A stretch of 61,910 nt of DNA from Desulfurococcales archaeon (GCA_021163115.1 JAGGXK010000099.1:1-61910), one strand, 5' to 3'. Counted from the first letter of the stretch, positions 40,747 through 50,412 are shown. The notes: a model not told the origin generated them from the sequence alone. Program-made: numbers and translations.

Positions 40747-40974
40747 ATGAAGAAGAAAGACTATACAGGACACATTGGTGTAGTAGCTAGGGAGTTAAAT
40801 ACAATAGAGGATATTTGTCTTAAAAGCCTAGTATCCCTAGGTATAGATATCTATAAATCACGTATCTTGGTTAGAGTCTCATCAATTCTGTGGAACTTAG
40901 TAGACTCATGGTATAGAAATAAAGTATATGAATTAAATGGTAGGAGATTTATTGAAAAGGAATTAATGAAGTAA
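40747..40974 (+). CDS. small hypothetical protein
   Basis: 75-aa ORF with no recognised motif. Confidence 0.35.
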   Translation: MKKKDYTGHIGVVARELNTIEDICLKSLVSLGIDIYKSRILVRVSSILWNLVDSWYRNKVYELNGRRFIEKELMK

Positions 40975-40985
40975 AATAGTGGAAG

Positions 40986-41032
40986 ATGATGTGGGCCCGA
41001 TAATCTGAGCTAGTGATGGATCAACCGGCTGA
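40986..41032 (+). ncRNA. candidate box C/D sRNA (weak)
   Basis: AUGAUGU (40986-92), 12 nt, CUGA (41005-08), 4 nt, GUGAUGG (41013-19), 9 nt, CUGA (41029-32). Both C-type boxes are imperfect. Confidence 0.25.
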
Positions 41033-41735
41033 TCTTTTTCCATAGTTTTTTAAATAGCTCTACAATCCCTTTTGGTATAACTATAAATACGATCTTAAGG
41101 GATTCTAAGACAACGTATATAGTTGCTCTAATGAAGCCTTTTTTAGAACCTATTTCTGCTACTTCTATCCAGTTTATCTTTGCAACTATATAGGTTAGCA
41201 GGATGGTTATCAGTAGGAGTACTGGAATAGATATATACCATGGTATTCCTGCAGACTCCTCAAAAAGTGTGCCTAGTGATCTACCAAAGAATACTGCAGC
41301 CCCTGTTATAATGGTCTTTCCTAGTACAAGAGCTATAAAAAACTTGATAACATTATACCCACTTATACCAACTGGTACATAGAGTATGTCATCTGGTAGG
41401 GGAAGGGCTGCGAATATAAATATTGCTAGGAACAACCCCTTATCAGCAATCTTTACAAACAACTCCATATTCCGTCTAGTATCCTCCTTTAACACTACCC
41501 TGGCTGTTCTGCCAATATAGTATACAACAACCTTGCCTAACGCTGCTCCTACTCCGCCAGCGACTGTTATTAATATATGGAGATAGGGATTAGTTATTCT
41601 CGAAGAATAGATTATTATGAATATTAGGTATGGTATGGTTGAATACGGTATTGTATTACCTAGAAAGGATATAGCAAATACACCCAAGACGCCATAAGTT
41701 TCTAAGAGTTGCTGAAACATATCCTTTTCACTCAA
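41010..41735 (-). CDS. DedA/VTT-domain membrane protein
   Basis: Multi-TM protein with YYIGR and ALPLPDDILYVPVGISG segments resembling the DedA/SNARE-associated signature. Confidence 0.65.
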   Translation of the reverse strand: MSEKDMFQQLLETYGVLGVFAISFLGNTIPYSTIPYLIFIIIYSSRITNPYLHILITVAGGVGAALGKVVVYYIGRTARVVLKEDTRRNMELFVKIADKGLFLAIFIFAALPLPDDILYVPVGISGYNVIKFFIALVLGKTIITGAAVFFGRSLGTLFEESAGIPWYISIPVLLLITILLTYIVAKINWIEVAEIGSKKGFIRATIYVVLESLKIVFIVIPKGIVELFKKLWKKISRLIHH

Positions 41736-41850
41736 TAGGCAAACACCAAAAATTACCGTGTTGTTAATCTAGTTTTTGTATGTACTAGGAAAAAAGGTTA
41801 ATTATTTTGACTTTATTGTAAACAAGGACGTTTGTAAACAAAGTAGGAGT

Positions 41851-42072
41851 GCGCATCGGCTCGCTGAAAGTTCTTCATTGCAATAAAGGCTCAGACACTG
41901 GCGGCCCCCTCATCCAACTATATCTATGTAATTAAAACATTAATTAAGTAGTTCTAGATAATATTTTCACTGGGATGAACGGGTCCCGCCCCCGTATCTA
42001 ATGAGGCTTAGTAGCCGATGAGCATAGCCAGGCCGGTGGTGACCCGTTATGACAATTGTCTGGGATAGGGTC
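41851..42072 (+). ncRNA. GC-rich structured intergenic element, class unknown
   Basis: Hand-mapped nested helices are listed in the findings entry. GC-rich blocks sit within an AT-rich spacer, and one G-U pair favours the plus strand. Confidence 0.4.
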
Positions 42073-42132
42073 TTTGTAAACTCACTTTACTAATGTATAT
42101 ATGGTTATTAGGTTTGATGGGGGAGTGGAGGA

Positions 42133-42441
42133 ATGGCATTAACTTGGGAGCCTAGGTGGGAGCCTTATTTAGTTAATTATGCTGGCATAAGGATATGGAC
42201 ATGTAGAGATAAGATAACAGGGATGATAGCATGCCCTATATGCATTAATGCTGCTGTAGAGTGCTTAAACAAGGTAAACAAGGAAAAGGGGCTAACGGGA
42301 TCTAGGTATAGTGAGGGAGAAAATACATACTTCTTTAGTGAGAGGGATCTAATACTTCATATTAGAGCACATTATAGAAGGTCGTGGAAAAGGGCTAGGG
42401 CAAAAGTAAGGCTTTTGGGAGAGGAAGAAAGTGGGGAGTAA
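42133..42441 (+). CDS. small basic protein with CPIC...HIRAH (split C2H2-like) pattern
   Basis: 102 aa. GGAGG lies 5 nt upstream of the ATG. It overlaps the downstream kinase gene by 11 nt. Confidence 0.5.
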   Translation: MALTWEPRWEPYLVNYAGIRIWTCRDKITGMIACPICINAAVECLNKVNKEKGLTGSRYSEGENTYFFSERDLILHIRAHYRRSWKRARAKVRLLGEEESGE

Positions 42442-43318
42442 AAGGATAGCTGTTATAGGGGGTTTTACTCTAGATGAGATAATCTGGGGAGACAATATAT
42501 ACCATAGTATAGGAGGCGGGGTTTACCATAGTATAAAGCCATTTATTAATACGCCTAAGTACACTTTCTATGTTTACTCTAAAGGAAACAGGGCATTAAT
42601 TGAAAAGGATCTAAAGAATATAGATAATATTGTCCTAAGGATCCTAGATGATACAGGAATCGCTAGATTTAGACTTATCTATAAGAGTATAGGGCAGAGA
42701 GTACTATATCTTATAACTCCACCCCCATTAATACCTGACTCCATAATTCCGTCAGAAAACTATGATGCAATAATAATAAACCCTGTCTATCACGAGGTTC
42801 CGTTAACGTTATTGAAAAAAGCCCGTATTTTAACACCTGTACTCTCTCTAGATATACAAGGGTTTGTAAGGAGAGTATTAAATGAAGAAATATCGATCAG
42901 TACAGGTTATACTGAAGAAACCATGTTATATGCAGATATAATCCATGGAAACTATAATGAGGTTATAGGATTATATAATTGTAGTAGTTTAGAAGAGCTT
43001 ATTAAAAACGTTGTCATGAAAAATATTTTTAAAAACAAAATAGTCCTAATATCCAATGGCCCTGACCCAATATACCTTATCACCAGTGATAATGTACTAT
43101 TATTCAAACCACCTAAGATAAAAGTGAGAAATGAAACAGGTGCAGGTGATACATTTCTCTCAGCATTTACACTAAAATATATTGAAACCAATGATGTAGA
43201 GGAAGCGATAAGATATGCAATAGGTTTAACAGCTTATAAAATCTCTGGTTTAAAAGAAATAGATCATGACAAGGCCTTAAAGTTAGGCAATAAAGTAGAA
43301 GTTAAGCAATTTATTTAA
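42431..43318 (+). CDS. PfkB-family (ribokinase-like) carbohydrate/nucleoside kinase
   Basis: C-terminal NETGAGDTFLSAF (the GAGD anion-hole/catalytic motif) and an N-terminal GG dipeptide region. GTG start. Confidence 0.8.
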   Translation: MGSKRIAVIGGFTLDEIIWGDNIYHSIGGGVYHSIKPFINTPKYTFYVYSKGNRALIEKDLKNIDNIVLRILDDTGIARFRLIYKSIGQRVLYLITPPPLIPDSIIPSENYDAIIINPVYHEVPLTLLKKARILTPVLSLDIQGFVRRVLNEEISISTGYTEETMLYADIIHGNYNEVIGLYNCSSLEELIKNVVMKNIFKNKIVLISNGPDPIYLITSDNVLLFKPPKIKVRNETGAGDTFLSAFTLKYIETNDVEEAIRYAIGLTAYKISGLKEIDHDKALKLGNKVEVKQFI

Positions 43319-43348
43319 TAAGAAATTATTAATACAAAAAGCCTCATC

Positions 43349-43376
43349 GCAACTCACTACCCCACCACCACCGCCC
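43349..43376. repeat. left arm of interrupted inverted repeat
   Basis: GCAACTCACTACCC-CA-CCACCACCGCCC. Confidence 0.85.
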
Positions 43377-43587
43377 TCTAATAAAAACCTCAACATTATC
43401 TGTATCCCAATATTTTGCTTAAAGGTATACCGGGATTACATATATTTCGAAGCCTATTGTATTATGTTACATTAATGTGATGATAATTTTTCTTCATATC
43501 AGTAAAAAACAATAATTTATCAAGATCTCAAGATCCCGTATTCTTGCCCTTTTAAATTGGGCTTACTAAGGAAATTATTTAAGCATT

Positions 43588-43649
43588 GGGCGGTGGTGGA
43601 ACGTTGTTGTACTACTGTACTTTCTGTAATATTGTGGGTAGTGAGTTGC
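43588..43649. repeat. right arm of inverted repeat, split by a ~33-36-nt insertion
   Basis: GGGCGGTGGTGG (43588-99) and GGGTAGTGAGTTGC (43636-49) are exact reverse complements of the two halves of the left arm. Confidence 0.85.
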
Positions 43650-43773
43650 TCGGCATGTATATATTTTGTCTTAATCCTTAATAAATTCTTGGATAACATT
43701 GTATACTAATTATTTATTTATATTTAGAAGTATAGCTTTTGCACTAAGAACTTTCATGGTTGTAAATATAAAT

Positions 43774-44151
43774 TTATATGTAAAGAATTCCTGCACCCTC
43801 CTCAAATACTGGTGTATTTTTCTGGATGGCTGCTAGGGCATAAATATCTTGTTCAGGTTTTTCTCTTGTAAATACTCTTGAAAGAATAATGTCTATGAAT
43901 TCCTCTTCATCAGGTACTCTTCCTATTGCAACAACTTTTCCATTAACCTCTATACGTGGTAGATCAGGTATACCAAAGCCTACAGGATCATGTATCCATA
44001 CATGGACGGGTAAAACTTCTACCCATACACCATATTCATCAAGTATTTTCTGAGCAACCTTCCATGCTATTTGTAGAGCTTTTTCACTATCATCATCAAA
44101 TCCCAGGGTTATTACAACCTCTACCTTTGGCGGGCTATATTGTATCTCCAA
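43774..44151 (-). CDS. hypothetical protein
   Basis: 125-aa ORF with no recognised motif. Confidence 0.45.
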   Translation of the reverse strand: MEIQYSPPKVEVVITLGFDDDSEKALQIAWKVAQKILDEYGVWVEVLPVHVWIHDPVGFGIPDLPRIEVNGKVVAIGRVPDEEEFIDIILSRVFTREKPEQDIYALAAIQKNTPVFEEGAGILYI

Positions 44152-44254
44152 GGCTATCCTCCAGTGATAGGAGTTAGTATAATGGATTACTTTTTAATAC
44201 AGAGGCCCAGTAGTACATAGAACAGTATTTAAAGTGATTAACCAGTTAATGCTT

Positions 44255-44467
44255 TTATACTTCCTTTTTTCTAGATAAGCTCTTATAAGCTTCAACAACG
44301 AGATCCCAGTTAACAGGCATATCAAGTTCGGCCTCCATTTTACGTAGTATATCATATGCCTCTATCTCATTGGATGGAAAATGTTTTCTAAGAATTTCAA
44401 CAGCTTTCTTTAATGCCCGCCTATATCTCTCTGGATAAAACATTTTTCTACCCATATATTTAAACAT
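44255..44467 (-). CDS. small hypothetical protein
   Basis: 70-aa helical, basic ORF. Confidence 0.35.
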   Translation of the reverse strand: MFKYMGRKMFYPERYRRALKKAVEILRKHFPSNEIEAYDILRKMEAELDMPVNWDLVVEAYKSLSRKKEV

Positions 44468-44588
44468 CTATTTAAAACGTTAAATATAATCCCTATTATA
44501 CCTTATCCAAAGAAATATCATATTATATTGTTACAGAATATAGCGGTATTAAAAATGCTATTTTATAATGTTATCCTAGAAGCTTTAA

Positions 44589-45962
44589 TTACTCCTTCTT
44601 TACGGGATATATTGCTTCCTTAGGAGCCCTCTTAAATGGTTCTAGGTACTTTCTTAACACTTTAGGTATAACAACTGTTCCATCAGGTTCTTGATAGTTT
44701 TCAAGAATAGCTGTTATTGTTCTTGTACTAGCTATTGCTGTACTATTTAGTGTGTGAAGGTATTCCTTTACCATACCTTTTCTCCTAATAAGTCTTATCT
44801 TTAAACGAAATGCTTGCCAGTCGGTTACATTACTACAGCTAACCATTTCCCTAAACCTTCCCTGGGCAGGCATCCATACTTCTAGATCATACTTCTTTGC
44901 TGCAGGTGCACCAAGGTCTCCACTGGCTATATTCACTATCCTATAGGGTAGGCCTAGCCCCTGGAAGAGCTCTTCAGCATTTCTTATAAGCTCCTCCATT
45001 ATCTCCCAACTCTCCTCTGGTTTCGCATAAACAAATTGTTCGACCTTATGGAACTGGTGCACCCTAAATATACCTTTTAGATCCCTGCTTCCCGCGCCTG
45101 CTTCTTTCCTAAAACAAGGGCTTATACCAACATATTTTAGAGGAAGTTTTTCTTCAGGTATATCCTCCCATGCATGGAGTGCCGCTAATGCATGTTCAGC
45201 TGTTGCAATAAGGTATAGGTCTTCCTCCTCAATTCTATATATAGCATCCTTGAAGGTATCCATGTCAATTACTCCTATCATAACATTATATCTAAGCATA
45301 TAGGGTGGGAGGACAAGAGCATAACCCTTAGCCGTCATGGTATCCAGGGCATATGCTAGAAGAGCCATATCAAGCCATACTATGTCGTCAAACAAATAAT
45401 AGAATCTGCTCCCAGCAACTTGTGCAGCCTTAAATGTATCCCCTAGCCTGAGGACGTTTTCAAGCATATCAGCGTGGCCAACAGGCTTCCAATAAATAAC
45501 CTCATAGTCTACCTTGAACCCATATTTCTCTGTTTGCTCCTTAAAAGCATCTATATGTCCCTTCCAAACCCTTGGTTTTCCCCAAAACCTTATAGGTACG
45601 TTATAGGTGTCATCAGGACCTATAGGTACTGTTTCATGTACAATATTTGGTAGATCAAAGAGAGCATCCATACGTTGTTTCTCAATAATCTTTAACTCCT
45701 TCTCCATAGCTTTAAGCTTCTTAAGAAGTTCTTTAGCCTCCCTAAGCTTTTTCTCCTTCTCCTCTCCAGTAAGCCTAGCTATTTCACGGCTTATAACATT
45801 ATGTCTATGTCTTAACTCATTGATTTCTGTAAGCATTTTCCTCCATTTAACATCAAGCTCGTAAGCCTTATCAACTATAGCTGGATCCATGTATCTTTTC
45901 TTAACATGCTCTTTTAGTTCATCAGGGTTTGTTCTTAGCAGTGAAAGTATGCTCCAGCTCAA
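44589..45962 (-). CDS. serS: seryl-tRNA synthetase
   Basis: N-terminal coiled-coil arm followed by a class II core (FRKEAG..., TLNSTA motif 3 region). Confidence 0.95.
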   Translation of the reverse strand: MSWSILSLLRTNPDELKEHVKKRYMDPAIVDKAYELDVKWRKMLTEINELRHRHNVISREIARLTGEEKEKKLREAKELLKKLKAMEKELKIIEKQRMDALFDLPNIVHETVPIGPDDTYNVPIRFWGKPRVWKGHIDAFKEQTEKYGFKVDYEVIYWKPVGHADMLENVLRLGDTFKAAQVAGSRFYYLFDDIVWLDMALLAYALDTMTAKGYALVLPPYMLRYNVMIGVIDMDTFKDAIYRIEEEDLYLIATAEHALAALHAWEDIPEEKLPLKYVGISPCFRKEAGAGSRDLKGIFRVHQFHKVEQFVYAKPEESWEIMEELIRNAEELFQGLGLPYRIVNIASGDLGAPAAKKYDLEVWMPAQGRFREMVSCSNVTDWQAFRLKIRLIRRKGMVKEYLHTLNSTAIASTRTITAILENYQEPDGTVVIPKVLRKYLEPFKRAPKEAIYPVKKE

Positions 45963-46023
45963 CTATTTCACACCTATGAAAAACAGTAATAGCGTGTAGA
46001 TATTTATATTCCTTTAGGAGAGA

Positions 46024-46434
46024 TTATAATCCCTGCCTACGCTTCCACTCCTCAACAATATCATAGCCATATCTCTCCTTAAAGATCCTTCTACCCTTCT
46101 CGGTCATCATTAAAGGCGTCCATGGAGGATCATATACCAGTTCTACATCAGCTTCTATGTCCAGCTTCTTTTTAATATACTCTTTCACCATAAGCGGTAA
46201 AACGTTAACAAGTGGGCAGAAGGGTGTAGTTAGTGTCATCTTGATTTTTACATTCTTTTCGTTAACAACTTCTATATCATAGATCATTCCAAGATTATAC
46301 ACATCAATACCTATCTCAGGATCATATACTGTTTCAAGAACCTCTATGATCTTCTTCTTAATCAGATACTTTTCAGACCCAGGCTTAGACATAAAATATC
46401 CACCAAACAATACTATACTATCTGACACAAACAC
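46024..46434 (-). CDS. DUF59/MIP18-family Fe-S assembly protein (SufT-like)
   Basis: VYDPEIGIDVYNLGMIYD...MTLTTPFCP. The true start is probably the internal ATG (MSKPGSEKY). Confidence 0.8.
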   Translation of the reverse strand: MFVSDSIVLFGGYFMSKPGSEKYLIKKKIIEVLETVYDPEIGIDVYNLGMIYDIEVVNEKNVKIKMTLTTPFCPLVNVLPLMVKEYIKKKLDIEADVELVYDPPWTPLMMTEKGRRIFKERYGYDIVEEWKRRQGL

Positions 46435-46593
46435 TATCTTAGCTCTTTATAACTTTACCTGACTAGATACTAATAGAAAAGGTACTTGGATATACTCCAA
46501 TACTATATAACCAGGTACTAAATACTTTCTTAAAAACACTGCTATAGAATTGGATAAGGGGTTATTGTTTTAAATAAGTAGGAAAAAAAGGAG

Positions 46594-47916
46594 TTAAATA
46601 GGCTCTGGCTTTAGCATTAATTTTAATAACTTCTCGGCTTCTGGATCGGTAAGTTCTATACAATAGTGGATCTTTAAGAAGTTCTTTCTAAATTCTTTAA
46701 CCTTGGCTCTAACCTCTGCAGGATCACGCCCATCAATTACAACCATTTTCATAAACTCTGCTATCTGGTCCATATCGTCTTCTTTCATACCAAACCTGGT
46801 TACCTCCTGTACACCTATTCTTAGACCACTTGGGTTTTTGATATCCTCTGGTCTATCGTAGGGTAGCAGGTTCTTGTTTACAATAATGTTTGCATCCTCC
46901 AACAGCTTTGCAGCTTTTGCACCACCACCATACTGTCTAACATCAACTACTATTGTATGACTTGTTGTATAACCCTTGTTTTCTCCAAGTACCTTAAATC
47001 CTCTTTCAGCAAGTGCTTCAGCAAGCTTCTTAGCATTTTTAACGATTTGTGTTGCATAGGCTTTTCCATAAAGCTTCATCTCATATGCTGTAACAGCTAG
47101 TGCTGGCAGTCTATGGAGGTGGTGGTTTGATACAAACATTGGGAATACTACTTTTGATATAGCCTTGTAATCAGGTTTTGTTGCTGCAGCAATAACTCCT
47201 CCCTGAGGGCCAGGGAATGTCTTGTGGGTAGACGATGTTATTATGTCTGCTCCAAGCTTTAATGGGTTCTCCCATACTCCGCCTGCAACAAGGCCTAATA
47301 CATGGGCTAGGTCATGGATAAGCTTTGCACCAACACTATGAGCTGCCTCAGCTATCTCCTTTGTTGGATGAGGGAATAAGTATACACTAGCACCAAGTAC
47401 AACAATCTTCGGCTTTGTCTCTTCAATAACCTTTACAGCACCATCTACATCAATATTAAATTCTTCAAGATTAAAGGGCATATCAATCTGTTGTATACCT
47501 AGGGCTCCTAGAGTACCATAACGTGTATGGCTTACATGGGCTCCGGCTTGGACTGGAGGAACAACAGCTTTGTCTCCGCACCCAGCAAAAGCCTTGAAGG
47601 CTGTAGCATTAGCTATTGTACCACTAATGGGTCTTACATCAACATATTCTGTTCCTAGCAGCTCTCCCATAAGCTTTATTGTTATAACCTCCATTTCATC
47701 AATATACTTTAGCCCCTGATAATACCTTTTATACGGCTTCCCCTCTGCATAGCGGTGCATCATATCATTTAAATATAAAATTGTTGCAAGAGGGCTCATC
47801 TGGTTCTCGCTAGCAATCATGTTTATAGTCTCTACATCTCTCCAGTGGTTGTGTTTAAGAACCAGTTCAACAATATTTGCTAAATCACGTGGTATTCTAG
47901 AAAGTAGTTCTGACAA
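46594..47916 (-). CDS. glyA: serine hydroxymethyltransferase
   Basis: [16 protein letters not shown]-lysine motif, with full length consistent. Confidence 0.95.
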   Translation of the reverse strand: MSELLSRIPRDLANIVELVLKHNHWRDVETINMIASENQMSPLATILYLNDMMHRYAEGKPYKRYYQGLKYIDEMEVITIKLMGELLGTEYVDVRPISGTIANATAFKAFAGCGDKAVVPPVQAGAHVSHTRYGTLGALGIQQIDMPFNLEEFNIDVDGAVKVIEETKPKIVVLGASVYLFPHPTKEIAEAAHSVGAKLIHDLAHVLGLVAGGVWENPLKLGADIITSSTHKTFPGPQGGVIAAATKPDYKAISKVVFPMFVSNHHLHRLPALAVTAYEMKLYGKAYATQIVKNAKKLAEALAERGFKVLGENKGYTTSHTIVVDVRQYGGGAKAAKLLEDANIIVNKNLLPYDRPEDIKNPSGLRIGVQEVTRFGMKEDDMDQIAEFMKMVVIDGRDPAEVRAKVKEFRKNFLKIHYCIELTDPEAEKLLKLMLKPEPI

Positions 47917-48020
47917 GTCTTACACCCTAATACAATATATAGGTGTAGGTGGGATATAAAGGTACTAAAAATATCTAGAACTAAAAATATATAAAAGCAT
48001 TATCTTGGTGGCTACTAGAG

Positions 48021-48353
48021 CTAGCGTCCCCAAAAGATCTTCTTTAGAAGCTTCTTTAAAACACCTTCTTTTTTCTCCTCCCTCTTTATACCAAATAGGT
48101 ATTGTCTCTGGATTTCTGAGGAGGGTGTTCTATAGTATTTTTCAGCAAGTCTCGCCATGATCTTTAGTTCATCTAGGGTAGCATAGTCTATAGGTCTTCC
48201 ATCCCTATTATTTTCCTCCCACCGCTTATACAGTCTATTCATTATTATCTGTATAGTTGGGTCACCATAGAACCCGGCTTTCTTCCATGGATCCCTATTA
48301 CCATCTATTAATGCTAGTATCTTATTCTTTAAGACTTCTTGATTATTCATCAT
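48021..48353 (-). CDS. hypothetical protein
   Basis: 110-aa ORF, 6 nt downstream of the eIF-2B-family gene. Confidence 0.45.
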   Translation of the reverse strand: MMNNQEVLKNKILALIDGNRDPWKKAGFYGDPTIQIIMNRLYKRWEENNRDGRPIDYATLDELKIMARLAEKYYRTPSSEIQRQYLFGIKREEKKEGVLKKLLKKIFWGR

Positions 48354-48359
48354 CTCATA

Positions 48360-49352
48360 TTACTCCTCTAGAGTTTCCTCAAATACTATTTTGCCCAGCT
48401 CCCCCTGTTTAAGTTTACTAAGAGCCCATCCAAACCTATCTAGTAGGACAAGTATAGCGGCTTGCGGAGGTATAACGCCTAGCTCTGTTATTATTGCATC
48501 AATGTATTCAGGCGGAGTTACATCAAATGATGGATTGAGAACCTCTATACCCTTATACTTCTCCATCCACTCCTTTGGAACAATCTCCTCTGGACTCCTA
48601 AACTCTATGGGGACAAGTTCTCCAATAGCTGTTGATGGGGAGAACTTGTAGGTCTCTGCAGCAACAAATACCCTAATTCTTGCTTCATGGGCAGCTAGTG
48701 CAACCTGGCTTGTACCAACCTTGTTAACAACAGCTCCATTACTGGCAATAGTGTCTGCGCCAACCACGACTTGGTCTACTTCATGCATGATATATCTAAC
48801 TGCAGAATCAGGTATTTGTACAGCTGGAACACCTGCTTCAAGCAAGTGCCTCATAGTTATCCTGCCTTGGAAGAACGGTCTTGTCTCGGTAGAATACACT
48901 TTCCTAATCTTCCCCATCCTATACGCTGTAGTTATAACTGATACAGCTGCAGTGCTATGGCAGTGGGTTAACACTACCGCGTTGTCTGGTATCCTCTTAG
49001 CCCCTATCTCACCAATTTTTCTTACAGCATCAATGCTCTCTTGTATAAACTGTTCAGTAGCTCTGATAACAGTATTTCTAAGCTCATCAAATCTGTCTTC
49101 AGTGGTTAACAATCTATACATTACATAGTAAACAGCATTGGGTAAGCTTACAGCAGTTGGTCTAGTAGATATTAGTAGATCGGCTACTCTTGCCATGTAC
49201 CGTTTAAAACTCTTCTCATCCCTAGAACCACTATATTCTAGAGCAGCGATCTTTAGAGCTTCAGCAGCTGCTCTAGCTATCTTACCTGCCCCTCTTATCC
49301 TCATAGTTTTTATACCATCAGCTATTTTAAGGACCTTTACAGGGATCTCCAT
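48360..49352 (-). CDS. eIF-2B alpha/beta/delta-family protein, ribose-1,5-bisphosphate isomerase-like
   Basis: MRIRGAGKIARAAAEAL...TRPTAVSLPNA...THCHS...ETRP..QG..., closely like the archaeal R15P isomerase sequences I recall. Confidence 0.75.
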   Translation of the reverse strand: MEIPVKVLKIADGIKTMRIRGAGKIARAAAEALKIAALEYSGSRDEKSFKRYMARVADLLISTRPTAVSLPNAVYYVMYRLLTTEDRFDELRNTVIRATEQFIQESIDAVRKIGEIGAKRIPDNAVVLTHCHSTAAVSVITTAYRMGKIRKVYSTETRPFFQGRITMRHLLEAGVPAVQIPDSAVRYIMHEVDQVVVGADTIASNGAVVNKVGTSQVALAAHEARIRVFVAAETYKFSPSTAIGELVPIEFRSPEEIVPKEWMEKYKGIEVLNPSFDVTPPEYIDAIITELGVIPPQAAILVLLDRFGWALSKLKQGELGKIVFEETLEE

Positions 49353-49359
49353 CCTGGCA

Positions 49360-50343
49360 TCACCCTATAATAGAGTCTATTTTCTCAAGAACCTCTTCAA
49401 TACTCGGTGCCTTGGGAGGCCATGAGCCATAGATCTCCTTTAGTATAACGGGCAACGCTTGTGGTGCAAACAATCCATGCTCTGTAGCAATACCGTCTAT
49501 ATAGTTTGGAGGTGTTACATCATATATCGGAACACGTGCTCTATAGTTCTCTGGAAGCTTAGCTAGTATATCGGGAGTCATAAGTCTTCTCCAATCACCT
49601 TCAGGTAGTTCAACTAGTTCTCCAAACAATGTCTCTATACTAAACTTTGATGTAGGAGCTACAACAAATACTCTAACCCTTGCCTCATTAGCTATAAGGC
49701 TTATAAGACTTGTACCAACCTTACTTACAACAGCACCATTTACAGCAACAGCCTCAGCACCAACAAGAACCTTTGTTATATTCTTCATGAAAAACCTTAC
49801 AGCAGAATCAACTATAAGCCTAACCTTAAACCCCATTTCATTAAGCTTTATAGCTGTAGCTAGTCCCTCCATGCCAGGCCTTGATTCGGGGACATAGAAT
49901 TCCAGCCTCTTTCCCTGCTTCATAGCATTCTCTATAGTCTTTAATACACAGATACTGCGGCTATGGGTTAGAACTACATCACCATTAACCAGCCTATGAG
50001 AAGCAATAACTGCTGTCTCCTCGCACTCCTTTATAACCCTATTCCTCCATATATCAAGTGCGTCAATGATATTGTTTTTCGTGGTCTCAAAGTCAACTTG
50101 ATCCTCAGCTCCCTCAGAGATTATCAATCCTATATCCCTCAACAAGTTATATACTTGGGCAGAAGCAGGTCTCTCAAGCTCAAGCTTTCTTACAGCATTC
50201 TTAAATAGTATTGCAAGATCCTTGTAGTTCCTAGTGGTTGCTGTGTTCTTGGCTAGATACTCGATAAACTCTAGTGTGTACTCACTACTTGTTAAACCTA
50301 TGCTGTAGCCATTGCGGGCAAGGGCTTCTTCAAAACTGCTCAA
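49360..50343 (-). CDS. eIF-2B-family paralog (more divergent)
   Basis: Same fold signature (LTHSRS, ESRPGMEG, GAEAVAVNGAVVSKVGT). It lies in tandem with the preceding gene. Confidence 0.7.
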   Translation of the reverse strand: MSSFEEALARNGYSIGLTSSEYTLEFIEYLAKNTATTRNYKDLAILFKNAVRKLELERPASAQVYNLLRDIGLIISEGAEDQVDFETTKNNIIDALDIWRNRVIKECEETAVIASHRLVNGDVVLTHSRSICVLKTIENAMKQGKRLEFYVPESRPGMEGLATAIKLNEMGFKVRLIVDSAVRFFMKNITKVLVGAEAVAVNGAVVSKVGTSLISLIANEARVRVFVVAPTSKFSIETLFGELVELPEGDWRRLMTPDILAKLPENYRARVPIYDVTPPNYIDGIATEHGLFAPQALPVILKEIYGSWPPKAPSIEEVLEKIDSIIG

Positions 50344-50412
50344 CTAGCTACACCTCTTGATATAAATAGGATGATTGAACCAAATTAAATATTGTTAAGC
50401 ATATAGTTAATA

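Noticed and set aside
41851-42023. Possible RNase P RNA. GAAAGUU...CUUCAUU pairing with AAUGAGGCUUAG resembles the P4 helix (GGAAAGUCC / CCGGCUUA with a bulged U), flanked by a P2-like helix.
   Set aside because: There is no P3 hairpin. The ACAGAA element before the 3' strand is missing, and I see no specificity-domain elements. The paired unit is only ~173 nt, and the P4-like helix is AU-rich. The resemblance is too partial to call, so I leave it as an unknown structured element.
42025-42045. Possible SRP (7S) RNA helix 8, because of GCCAGGCC.
   Set aside because: The universally conserved GNAR tetraloop and the AGCA-containing loop context (..CCGGAAGGGAGCA..) are absent. The surrounding sequence does not form the long rod expected.
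43477-43483. Perfect GUGAUGA C-box sequence inside the AT-rich core of the inverted-repeat spacer.
   Set aside because: No D'/D CUGA box follows at ~12 nt, and no C' box is present.
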